Positions 51,460-60,384 of a stretch of 64,000 nucleotides of DNA are shown here, one piece after another. Source of the DNA: Meyerozyma guilliermondii. Taxonomy: Eukaryota. Below the pieces are notes generated by a model that saw only the letters and a list, made by a program, of their open reading frames with translations, did no database searches and was not told the origin of the DNA. Location of the stretch: positions 806,001-870,000 of the forward strand of contig CP128817.1 in NCBI GenBank assembly GCA_051546255.1. The letters are read 5' to 3'. Numbering within the stretch: position 1 is the stretch's first letter; every line of letters starts with the position of its first letter. A program made the translations under genes and the position numbers.

Positions 51460-52213
51460 AGAGCTGAATCCACTCCAATTTGAAGGAATGACTCCACAAC
51501 AAATGGAAGAAAGGATTAGACAACTTGAGAGAGAATTGAGCCAAGTGAGAGAAACGCCACAAGGAAATGACTCGACACAAGGGGAAGTGATTCGTCAACA
51601 AAGTGAAATGATTGCACGACTTAATGAAATGACTCGAAGACAAGGGGAAATGATTACACGGCTTAATGAAACGACTCGTCAACAAGGAGAAGTGATTGCA
51701 CGACTTAATGAAGAGACTCGTCAACAAGCGGAAATGATTGCACGACTTAATGAAGCGAATAGTCAACAAAGGGAAGTGATTACACCTCGAATTGCAACTA
51801 GGCCCCGGATTCTGGAAACCTGGATGCGAGCACGTGAATTTGCTGTAGCTTTCCTTTGTCTACTGAGACTCGTGTTCTCCACGGATGCCGAGATTAATAT
51901 TTCGATTTATCTCTGGATCGGTTTTGCATTGGTTTATGTGTGGCTTATCAAAAATCGGATACTTTCCGTATACGCTTCCTATCAGCATAAAGCGCCATTG
52001 AAGTACAGCTTATCTTCTGCTTCCGCTTGCTTTGGGACATGTCTTCTCGCTTTCTATTTCTACCGCCAATCGCAGAATCTAACCATATCACAAATTCTTC
52101 ATTTATGTGTGTTAGCAATTAACGGCAGCATGTTGGAAACAGTTCTGCATCATAATTTACTTGTGAATGGAGTGACCAGAGATGGCTTGAAACTCTGGAC
52201 CACAGTTCATTAA
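51416..52213 (+). CDS. Orphan protein 1: N-terminal repeat/coiled-coil region plus about four transmembrane helices
   Basis: 265-codon ATG ORF with frame-preserving 42-nt repeats and a hydrophobic C-terminal half. No family recognised. Confidence 0.65.
   Translation: MTTPQVQGMTPPQAEELNPLQFEGMTPQQMEERIRQLERELSQVRETPQGNDSTQGEVIRQQSEMIARLNEMTRRQGEMITRLNETTRQQGEVIARLNEETRQQAEMIARLNEANSQQREVITPRIATRPRILETWMRAREFAVAFLCLLRLVFSTDAEINISIYLWIGFALVYVWLIKNRILSVYASYQHKAPLKYSLSSASACFGTCLLAFYFYRQSQNLTISQILHLCVLAINGSMLETVLHHNLLVNGVTRDGLKLWTTVH
51593..51785 (+). repeat. 42-nt coding tandem repeat (~4.6 copies; RQQGEVIARLNEET-like)
   Basis: Units start at 51593, 51635, 51677, 51719 and 51761. Confidence 0.92.
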
Positions 52214-52636
52214 AAATCTAATATCGAACACTTGCTATCCTTAGCTATCATATTGTTGGATTATAAGCTGATTGCGTTATCCTTCACCGTTGGTGTGGTG
52301 TTGTTTGAAATCCACTACCACTATATTGGTGATACAGTGTCTTTCTACAAGGTATGCGATCCCTAATCAACATTTTCCTAGACTTGTTCGATTTGATTTT
52401 CAGATTTTATACTAGTTATCTAGCTAGTAATCTAAACGTTTTGCTTAAAGAGAATGAAGAAAACGGAAAGTATAAGAAATTGGTAGAAAAGATAGCAGAA
52501 TCAGTTGCGCGAAATTCATTTTCAGGTCCTTTGATCTGCGGAAGCTTCGAATTTTTTCACGGCTCTAGTTTTGGCAGATTATTTGTTCGTTTACTTATAA
52601 ATTAAGCTTCGCAGCTCACCTCTAATTAGTTCACAT

Positions 52637-53056
52637 ATGGTAGAAAAAATGACCGAACAACCTATGGGCGAAAAAATGACCGAACAACCTATGGGCGAAA
52701 AAAAGACTGAACAACCTATCGGGGAAATAGAAACTGGGGCCGAGATTCTGCAGAAAGAAAGACACATAATAAGGGAATGTTTGATTATCCTTGTATACCT
52801 CCTTTATCTAGCCTCGTGTTTTATGGCACTTAATTACGAAGAGTTCACCAAAAAAAATGATGAGAAAGAGGCTCCTCGCGGTTATCTCTGGATCAGTTCT
52901 CTAGTTTGTGTTGTGATCGGTACTGCCTTTTGGACCGATATCATAATCGCTTCCATTCGATATAAGGTTGTAATTGGAGGACGAGCGGTGAATGGATATT
53001 TGCTTATGTTGGCGTCTTTAACATTAGGTTCTTTGAGTTACACTGGCTACCACTAA
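52637..53056 (+). CDS. Orphan protein 2: 9-aa N-terminal repeats plus about three transmembrane helices
   Basis: 139-aa ATG ORF, TATAAA at 52596-52601 and three hydrophobic segments. Confidence 0.6.
   Translation: MVEKMTEQPMGEKMTEQPMGEKKTEQPIGEIETGAEILQKERHIIRECLIILVYLLYLASCFMALNYEEFTKKNDEKEAPRGYLWISSLVCVVIGTAFWTDIIIASIRYKVVIGGRAVNGYLLMLASLTLGSLSYTGYH
52643..52723 (+). repeat. 27-nt coding tandem repeat x3 (EKMTEQPMG)
   Basis: gaaaaaatgaccgaacaacctatgggc twice exactly, plus one degenerate copy. Confidence 0.92.
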
Positions 53057-53254
53057 GCAGAGTAATACAACTGCAAGTTCGCTTTTTGTTATTCACCAAT
53101 GATAGAGCTCATAAGTGAAATTGAATATGATAGTCTTTGGTCTTTGTATTTACGTACTGGTACTCTTAAAGCTTTAAGTCTGCGAGCTATGTGATTACTC
53201 TTCACGCATTATGTGCCATTTGATGTAGGCGAACCTCCAGCATAGAAGCAGCAC

Positions 53255-53266
53255 GGTCACGTGACC
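53255..53266. promoter_or_regulatory. Perfect 12-bp palindrome GGTCACGTGACC (Cbf1/bHLH site)
   Basis: Matches RTCACGTG on both strands. Confidence 0.5.
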
Positions 53267-53760
53267 ATTTTGGACAAGCGTATTTAGGCTACTCATCTGC
53301 TCAAATGTACTCAGAAACCACCGTATTACAATCTATAAGACATATCATAGTCATGGAACATCAAAGGACGGTGACCACATCGCTTTCTTACTTGGTTGCA
53401 AATTCCGCCGTGCAGCTCTCAAGCCTCACGATACGCGGCTGCATATATACGAAGGTGGATTTTACCGAGCCAAATTGTACATGTAACACCAAATGATCTA
53501 CTATTTCGCTCATGACATGACATTCTTACAGTGTAGTATAATCACCTAATTGCTCTTGATTAGTTGAACCACATGCGATCGATGAAAGTAGTTTTTGAGA
53601 CATCATATTCTGGTTTTCATATTTCAGGTCAATTGCACGAATAGTGCAGGGAATGTCCCTTCGAAGCATGCAATGAAATGCAAAGCCATACAGTCCAAGA
53701 CACGGCCTACTTATGAAGACTTCTTGTCGCACTCAAGACTCTTCAAATACAAGATTCCAC

Positions 53761-53977
53761 AGAATACAAGACAGGATAATCTATATGCCGGGGGCCCAGA
53801 CACCAGAGGCGACACGCTTATTTCGATTAGAAAGCGAGTGTACTGCACAGTGGTGTACTCACACATCACTACACCCACTCGTGGCTCATAAATCGGTTGC
53901 AAATTCGCATTTGTACTTGATTTCATCTTGATCATGCCAACACCACAAGTGCAAGAAATGACTCCTCCACAAGCGGA
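53761..53977 (+). repeat. 217-bp direct repeat, copy 2
   Basis: Offset 2518 bp from copy 1, about 96% identical. Confidence 0.95.
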
Positions 53978-54401
53978 TGTAGTGCAAGATTTGATTACGC
54001 AACTCAGAGGAATGCCTCGTCAACAAAGGGAATGGGTTTGGAGTGAGGTGACTAGACGACAAAGAGAAACCAGAGCAACTGCGCCCGGAACTATTTCCGA
54101 AACTCTGGATAGGAGAAGCAAGAATTATGAAATGTATGCAGTGCTCTTGGTGATTTTTATAATCCTTTTGGTATACGTGATCGTTGCTGTCGTCAAAGAT
54201 TTTACAAGTGAGGATTACTTCTTGCATTTTTTGGTAGTCGTTGCGGTGATAGTGGGTCTCGACGAGTTGAATACTTTCCTCTGGAACTGTCAAGTTTTTT
54301 CAATATGGGAGATACTCGGCGTATTCATTCGTACTTTATGCCTTGCGGCGTCAGGTTTTTTCGCTGCCCATTACTACTCCCAATCAACAGAATCCAACTA
54401 A
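53934..54401 (+). CDS. Orphan protein 3: paralogous start to orphan 1, plus about three transmembrane helices
   Basis: 155-codon ATG ORF. MPTPQVQEMTPPQA compares with MTTPQVQGMTPPQA, followed by three hydrophobic segments. Confidence 0.62.
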   Translation: MPTPQVQEMTPPQADVVQDLITQLRGMPRQQREWVWSEVTRRQRETRATAPGTISETLDRRSKNYEMYAVLLVIFIILLVYVIVAVVKDFTSEDYFLHFLVVVAVIVGLDELNTFLWNCQVFSIWEILGVFIRTLCLAASGFFAAHYYSQSTESN

Positions 54402-54975
54402 ATCTGGAATATCTGATTGTTCGAATTATTAACCATATTAGGAGCTGACGGTAAATAATTCTACGGTTTGAAGTTTCTGCTTATTCGGCCTAAAATTGAC
54501 TGGAAATGAGTTTGGTTCACCAATCATTTCCTCGCTAAAATGTGGGTATTGAACATTGCTCTTCTCGCTTAAATATGCTCCTAATTAATAAATGTTCTAC
54601 CCACGTACTGTTAACCACAACAGAACAAAGAATTGTAAGCTTCTCGAATCATTGTAACACGAGCTACAAGCACCTACTTTAATAGTCATTAGTTGAATTA
54701 GCAGCCAGTTCCTTACACCCAGACACCAGATCAGTGGGGGCCACTGTGGCCGCGCTTAGTATTACCATTCTCGGCTAGACCGATATCGGCTTATGTCAGC
54801 AGCGCCACAGTTTGCCTGTGATTTGTCACTTAGTCGGTTTGTTGAATTCCGACCACCAAGTACCGACCATTCAATGCAATACCCATGCAAATGCGACTTC
54901 GGAGCGACTCGATTAGTTATCGCGCAATTTATGTGCCACAAATTTGCGGTCCAGATTTCGGATCGCAATCCGAAA

Positions 54976-55032
54976 TTAGTAATTAATCGGACCGTCTAGA
55001 ACCGCGGATGCAAAACCGCGCAGGTATATAAA
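54976..55032 (+). promoter_or_regulatory. Yap1/Cap1 response element TTAGTAA (54976-54982) and TATATAAA (55025-55032) of TSA1
   Basis: Exact consensus matches upstream of a peroxiredoxin gene. Confidence 0.65.
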
Positions 55033-55070
55033 GACCCGTGGCGCCACTGTTTTTCGCTATCGATTTAATC

Positions 55071-55661
55071 ATGGTCGCTTTAATTCAAAAACCCGCTCCA
55101 TCCTTCAAGAAAACCGCTGTTGTTGACGGTGTGTTCGAGGAAATCTCCTTGGAACAATACAAGGGTAAATGGGTGCTTTTGGCATTCATTCCTTTGGCTT
55201 TCACCTTTGTGTGTCCAACTGAAATTATTGCCTACTCTGAGGCTATTAAAAAGTTCCAAGATAAGGACACCGAAGTTTTGTTTGCTTCCACCGATTCCGA
55301 GTACTCATTGTTGGCTTGGACTAACGTGGCTAGAAAGGATGGTGGTTTAGGACCAATTAACATTCCTTTGCTTGCTGACACCAACCACACTTTGTCGAGA
55401 GACTATGGTGTGTTGTTGGAAGAAGAGGGTGTTGCTCTCAGAGGTATCTTTTTGATTGACCCCAAGGGTACCTTGAGACAAATCACCATCAATGATTTGC
55501 CAGTTGGTAGATCTGTTGAGGAATCGTTGAGATTGGTTGAGGCATTCCAATTCACCGAAAAGTACGGTGAGGTTTGTCCTGCCAACTGGCAACCAGGCTC
55601 GGAGACCATCAAGCCTGGTGTTGACAGTGCCAAGGAGTACTTTGGTAAGGTGAACAAGTAA
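55071..55661 (+). CDS. TSA1: 2-Cys peroxiredoxin
   Basis: [22 protein letters not shown] and GEVCPANW, with strong codon bias. Confidence 0.97.
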   Translation: MVALIQKPAPSFKKTAVVDGVFEEISLEQYKGKWVLLAFIPLAFTFVCPTEIIAYSEAIKKFQDKDTEVLFASTDSEYSLLAWTNVARKDGGLGPINIPLLADTNHTLSRDYGVLLEEEGVALRGIFLIDPKGTLRQITINDLPVGRSVEESLRLVEAFQFTEKYGEVCPANWQPGSETIKPGVDSAKEYFGKVNK

Positions 55662-55739
55662 TTAGATATAGATTGATAGACACATTTTGCACCCGCACTG
55701 TAGCGCGAAAATAAATAAACTTGAACAAAAGCCCCTAAG

Positions 55740-56276
55740 ATGTCGGACATTTATTTCTATAAGTATGTGGTAAATCTGCAGGTGTTCTTTAAAACAGCTC
55801 ATTCATATGCGCTTGTCAATTTAAGACCTCTCGTACCAGGACATGTTCTCGTATGTCCAATTCGGCCGGAAATCATTCGGTTTGCTGACCTTACCCCCGA
55901 GGAGGCCCAGGATTACATGTCGGCGTTGCAAACCGTCCACAAATTCATCATCCATGCATACAAAGCGGATTCGCTAAACATTGCCATTCAAGATGGACCG
56001 GAACTGGGTCAATCGATCCCCCATCTCCATACGCATCTTATCCCCCGGTATGGCACCGACGGGTTTGGTGACTCAATTTACCGGAAATTAGAGAAAACCG
56101 ACCTTGAAGCTGTGTATGACGACTTTTATAAACGCAAAGCGGCATTCCAAACCGGGGGTGACTTTGTTGTTGAGGCCGACTATGCCCGCCAAGACCGGAC
56201 CCCCGAAATCATGGCGGCCGAAGCGGCAAAATTGCGCGAGCAAATCGACCAGTGGTCCACCGGAAGTAGAGAATAG
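55740..56276 (+). CDS. HNT2: Dinucleoside triphosphate hydrolase (FHIT/HIT family)
   Basis: ALVNLRPLVPGHVLV, IQDGP..GQS and the histidine triad HLHTHLIPR. Confidence 0.92.
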   Translation: MSDIYFYKYVVNLQVFFKTAHSYALVNLRPLVPGHVLVCPIRPEIIRFADLTPEEAQDYMSALQTVHKFIIHAYKADSLNIAIQDGPELGQSIPHLHTHLIPRYGTDGFGDSIYRKLEKTDLEAVYDDFYKRKAAFQTGGDFVVEADYARQDRTPEIMAAEAAKLREQIDQWSTGSRE

Positions 56277-56408
56277 ACTAGACCGGATATCTATATATGC
56301 CTAGATTAAGATATGAAGTATGAAGTCGATTGTATTGGTCCTGTATATAGTCACATCTTCATCACTTCCGACTTCATTTCGACTTCACTTCGACTTCATC
56401 TCGATTTA

Positions 56409-57218
56409 ATGCCGGATCCCCTCGACGAGATCCAGTGGAAGAGTCCGGAATGGATCCAGCAATTCGGACTCCATACCGGAAATGTGCTTGACTATTTCTC
56501 GGAATCGCCATTTTACGACCGGACTTCGAATAACCAGGTACTTCGAATGCAGTTTCAATTTCAAGCACCACCGGCCAACATTCATCCCCAACGATACATT
56601 CAAGATAAACTCACCGAGATGACCGGAATTGAGTTTGTTATAGCGTACATGCGAGAACCGGATTTCTGGGTTATTCGGAAACAAAATAGAACCGGTCCTG
56701 AATCCACCATCACCGAACAAGATTTTTATATTATTGGTGCCAATGTTTATCAAGCACCCAAAGTTTACGATTTACTTTCATCGCGACTTTTATCGAGTGT
56801 TTTATCGATAAAAACTCTGGTCGGATTATTGAACCAAATGAGCAAATACAGCATTTCCGACGGTGGTCATGTGTACCCCTCGGTAAATGATGTAGAAAGG
56901 ACTCGGAATTCAACCCATCCAACTACATCAGTAGCTGCAACCGGGAATGGTGCCGGCGCCACTCCCATGAAAACACCATCAGTTCCGGCCAGTGTACCTG
57001 GTACAGTTCCGGCCACAGTACCTGGAACAATTCCGGGCACTGGATTATTGTCGCTGGCGCAAAATGAAATCTTTGGCATGAATCCCGAGGTGTCGGTGTC
57101 TGCATTCAGCCTGTTACTTGCAGGGGCAGTTTCCGGAAACGACAGTATATATTTGGACGACGTTCCCACATCAGGAAAAGGGAGCACCATTAACCAGATG
57201 AATGTGAGGGAGAGATAA
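56409..57218 (+). CDS. MED6: Mediator subunit 6
   Basis: PLDEIQWKSPEWI, NVLDYFSESPFYDRTSNNQ and YIIGANVYQAP. Confidence 0.93.
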   Translation: MPDPLDEIQWKSPEWIQQFGLHTGNVLDYFSESPFYDRTSNNQVLRMQFQFQAPPANIHPQRYIQDKLTEMTGIEFVIAYMREPDFWVIRKQNRTGPESTITEQDFYIIGANVYQAPKVYDLLSSRLLSSVLSIKTLVGLLNQMSKYSISDGGHVYPSVNDVERTRNSTHPTTSVAATGNGAGATPMKTPSVPASVPGTVPATVPGTIPGTGLLSLAQNEIFGMNPEVSVSAFSLLLAGAVSGNDSIYLDDVPTSGKGSTINQMNVRER

Positions 57219-57303
57219 AGATATAGAACAAGTAGAAGAAAACGAATACTATTGTATTAATCAATTACTAAGGAGCAAAGACCAATTGATCGAATTGATA
57301 AGT

Positions 57304-57960
57304 TTACAACTCATCCTTTTCGTTTTCCTTCTCAGTTTCCTTTTCGTTTTCAGTTTCTGGTTCCACCGTTTCTGCGCTCGACTTGGCAATCTTGAGCGTC
57401 TTCACTGGCCGGTCGCCACGGCTGGTCTTGACTTTTTCCATATAATCAACCACATCAAATCCATCAAGAACCTCACCAAAAACAACGTGTTTTCCGTCCA
57501 ACCACGAAGTCTTTTCGGTGGTGATAAAAAATTGTGACCCATTGGTGTCACGGCCGGCATTTGCCATCGATAACCGGTACTTGCGGTCATGCTTCAATTG
57601 AAAGTTTTCATCGGGGAATTTTCCTCCGTAAATCGATTTGCCGCCATATCCCTGACCGGTCTCAAAATCGCCACCCTGGAGCATAAACTGAGGAATAATA
57701 CGGTGGAAAATGGAATCAACATATCCAAAAGAAGAGTCGGAAGAGGCAGCTAATTCACGAAAGTTTTTGACGGTTTTGGGGACAACAGTTCCAAAAAGTC
57801 CGATGGTAATTGTTCCAATTGGCTTGTCATCTTCGACAATTTCAAAATAAACTTTGTCTGTTATAGGTGGGTTTTCAGGTGGAGGGGATTTTGCCTGAAC
57901 ATTGGCAAAAAGGACCCAGATGATACTGATTAAAACGGCAATGAAAGTGACAGAACGCAT
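57304..57960 (-). CDS. CPR5: ER cyclophilin (peptidyl-prolyl isomerase B) with KDEL
   Basis: Signal peptide, [40 protein letters not shown] and a C-terminal KDEL. Confidence 0.88.
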   Translation of the reverse strand: MRSVTFIAVLISIIWVLFANVQAKSPPPENPPITDKVYFEIVEDDKPIGTITIGLFGTVVPKTVKNFRELAASSDSSFGYVDSIFHRIIPQFMLQGGDFETGQGYGGKSIYGGKFPDENFQLKHDRKYRLSMANAGRDTNGSQFFITTEKTSWLDGKHVVFGEVLDGFDVVDYMEKVKTSRGDRPVKTLKIAKSSAETVEPETENEKETEKENEKDEL

Positions 57961-58200
57961 GAGGAGTGGGCGACGGAGGATACAGGAAACGAGAATCAAG
58001 TGTACTGCAGGTAATGACTCGGAACGGTTGATGTGCAGGAATGGAGCTGACACTCAACCACTTCAGCTACTCTACCCACTGAATCCTGTCACTCCACAAT
58101 CACTCACTGAACTCTGTCTTCACAGTCACATCATCTACACTTTTTCTTCTTCTCACCTTCACTTCCAATTCTGTGCTTTTTCTTCTATGGTCTATGTACA

Positions 58201-58665
58201 TCAGAACGTCCGTTCTCCCTTTCTTTCCGCCTCGAGCTCGTCGCTGGCATGGCGCTCCTTCGCCTCCAACCGCTCCAAAGCTTTCCGCTTGGCTATGACT
58301 GTGCGGGCCTTTCGTTCTCCTCCATTCTTCTTCTTTCCTCGTTTATGTTCACGCAAAGGTTCCAAATCATTAACAAATTTGTGTTTCCACCGAAGCATAT
58401 ATTTTCTCGTGGACACGTCGATGCCCATCTCCTTCATATCTTTGGAACTCGTGGCTAAAAACTTATCCAAATTGCCTTCAAATGAGTCCAAATGTTCATT
58501 GCAATTGCGACCTATAAGCTTGAAAAATGTCTCGAGATCATGGACATTTTCCTTTGTTCTCGTGGACGTGTTTGTCCTGAACACGGGCGCTGAGTATGTA
58601 AACGTCCTCACCAAAAGAGGCGCTCGGATAACGGGAGTGAAACAGGACCGGAGTACGGGAAACAT
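58201..58665 (-). CDS. FYV4: Mitochondrial ribosomal protein mS41 (IGR domain)
   Basis: Presequence, [19 protein letters not shown]...RKY.LRW and [10 protein letters not shown]. Confidence 0.88.
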   Translation of the reverse strand: MFPVLRSCFTPVIRAPLLVRTFTYSAPVFRTNTSTRTKENVHDLETFFKLIGRNCNEHLDSFEGNLDKFLATSSKDMKEMGIDVSTRKYMLRWKHKFVNDLEPLREHKRGKKKNGGERKARTVIAKRKALERLEAKERHASDELEAERKGERTF

Positions 58666-59048
58666 AAAGAGTTAGACCAATTTTTCGCTCAATTGAAAGA
58701 TAGTGCACCCAAACACCAGAATGAAGAGAGGAACAATTAGACATACAGATGAGTACTAGAACACGAAAACACAATTTTCTGAATTCGAACCACGATCTAA
58801 ATTAACACTCCATTGAATTTTCTCGAGAAAGTTACGGCAAATTTCAAGATTTCCATCCACAGTGATTACAATGATTTTGAAATGAAAGATGCAAAATCCA
58901 GCGGTTTCTTTCCTCAGATTCCTCTTTGACAAGTGATTCTGCAACGTTCAATTATCACAAGAATTCAGGTTTAATTTGCTTTGGTGACAATACTGCCAAT
59001 ACTCTTTGTCTACACCTTCTCCTCACCTCTACATTCAGGCTATCTACT

Positions 59049-60014
59049 CTACAACAAACCCTTGTTCTTGAACTCCTCCAACAAAGAATTACCCAATCTG
59101 GCTGGCGATCTTTCCACAACAACTCCAGCGCTCTCCAAAGCGGCAATCTTGGACTTGGCATCACCCTTTCCACCAGAAATAATGGCACCAGCATGTCCCA
59201 TTCTTCTACCTGGAGGAGCACTAACACCAGCAATAAACGAAACAACTGGCTTTGGTCCATCTGGTCTGGTCAAGTTGTGCTGTTTCAAAAATTCACTGGC
59301 TTCTTCCTCGGCAGTTCCACCGATTTCTCCAATCAAAATAATACCCTCGGTTTCCTTGTCTTCCAAGAAAAGTGTCAATGCATCAATGAAATTGGTACCT
59401 GGGAATGGATCTCCTCCCATTCCAATCACCAATGATTGACCCAATCCGACTCCAGTTGTCTGGGCCACAGCCTCGTAAGTCAAAGTACCAGATCTTGAAA
59501 TAACTCCAACTTTACCCCGCTGGTGAATGTGCGATGGCATAATACCAATCTTACACTGGTCGGGCGCAATCAATCCCGGGCAATTGGGTCCCACCAACCG
59601 CGTTTTCGATTGCGTCTTAAGCATCTGCGCAATACGAACCATGTCGTGCTGCGGAATACCCTCGGTAATGGCAACAGCCAATTCAATTTCGGCCTCGATG
59701 GCCTCCTCAATCGCGGCGGCTGCAATTGATGGCGGCACAAAAATAGCAGTGGCGTTGGCGCCGGTTTCCTTAATGGCGTCGCTCACATTGGCAAACACGG
59801 GTCTGTCCAAGTGAGTGGATCCAGCCTTCTTGGGGTTGGTTCCTCCAACAATTTTGGTTCCATAGGCAATCGCTTGCTCGGCATGGAAAGTTCCCTGACG
59901 TCCAGTGAAACCTTGGTAAATCACCTTGGTGTCCAGGTTGACCTTAAGGTTCTTTATGGTCGACGCATAGTTGCGGAGGGGAGCAGATGTCGAAAGGCTA
60001 CGAATTGACTTCAT
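59049..60014 (-). CDS. LSC1: Succinyl-CoA ligase alpha subunit
   Basis: [34 protein letters not shown] and RMGHAGA. Start placed at the presequence MKSIRSL. Confidence 0.95.
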   Translation of the reverse strand: MKSIRSLSTSAPLRNYASTIKNLKVNLDTKVIYQGFTGRQGTFHAEQAIAYGTKIVGGTNPKKAGSTHLDRPVFANVSDAIKETGANATAIFVPPSIAAAAIEEAIEAEIELAVAITEGIPQHDMVRIAQMLKTQSKTRLVGPNCPGLIAPDQCKIGIMPSHIHQRGKVGVISRSGTLTYEAVAQTTGVGLGQSLVIGMGGDPFPGTNFIDALTLFLEDKETEGIILIGEIGGTAEEEASEFLKQHNLTRPDGPKPVVSFIAGVSAPPGRRMGHAGAIISGGKGDAKSKIAALESAGVVVERSPARLGNSLLEEFKNKGLL

Positions 60015-60131
60015 AATGACAAGTGTATTTTGGAATTCTGGCATTTTTCGGACGGGGCGTGTCCGCGCGAATCCCGGGCACGGTGGTCCCGGGAGGGGAA
60101 CAAAGTTCCGAGGTCGCGCGGCACCCTGGTT

Positions 60132-60311
60132 GCAAAACCATGGTGCAGATAGATGCGTTCTGATTGCGTTCTGGTTGCAAATGTCGGACTCTCTTTCTAT
60201 ATGAGAAAGCCGTCTGCTCCACATCGCAAAACCATGGTTGCATGCTGTTGCAGATGGGTGCATAATGGCTGCAAAATGTCGGACTCCCTCTCTATATAAG
60301 AACGCCGTCTG
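60132..60311 (+). repeat. Imperfect ~94-bp tandem duplication between LSC1 and ARP8
   Basis: gcaaaaccatggt at 60132 and 60226; tgcaaa(a)tgtcggactc.ct.tctatat.agaa.gccgtctg ending at 60216 and 60311. Confidence 0.8.
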
Positions 60312-60384
60312 TCAGCATTCAGCAAATTCATCGAACGGTTTTTAAAGGAGCCTCCGGTTCACCGCCGGTAAACCGTCGGTAAAC

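Noticed and set aside
51593..51785. Repeat array as CRISPR, or the 217-bp repeats as LTRs
   Set aside because: Eukaryotic context and no spacers. No TG...CA termini and no gag/pol or transposase sequence between the copies.
51073..54293. Paralogous minus-strand ORFs (51073-51417, 53711-53935, 51368-51769, 53886-54293)
   Set aside because: Their similarity is a by-product of the 217-bp duplication and the coding repeats, and they overlap better-supported genes.
55763..55782. GTATGT...CAG near the HNT2 start suggesting an intron
   Set aside because: Only ~20 nt with no branch site, and the unspliced frame already matches the family.
60015..60263. N-terminal extensions in the ORF track (LSC1; likewise BRX1, CDC40, RIB7, MED6, CPR5, TSA1 and the USP gene)
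   Set aside because: They run through promoter-like sequence, and family-typical N-termini begin at downstream ATGs.
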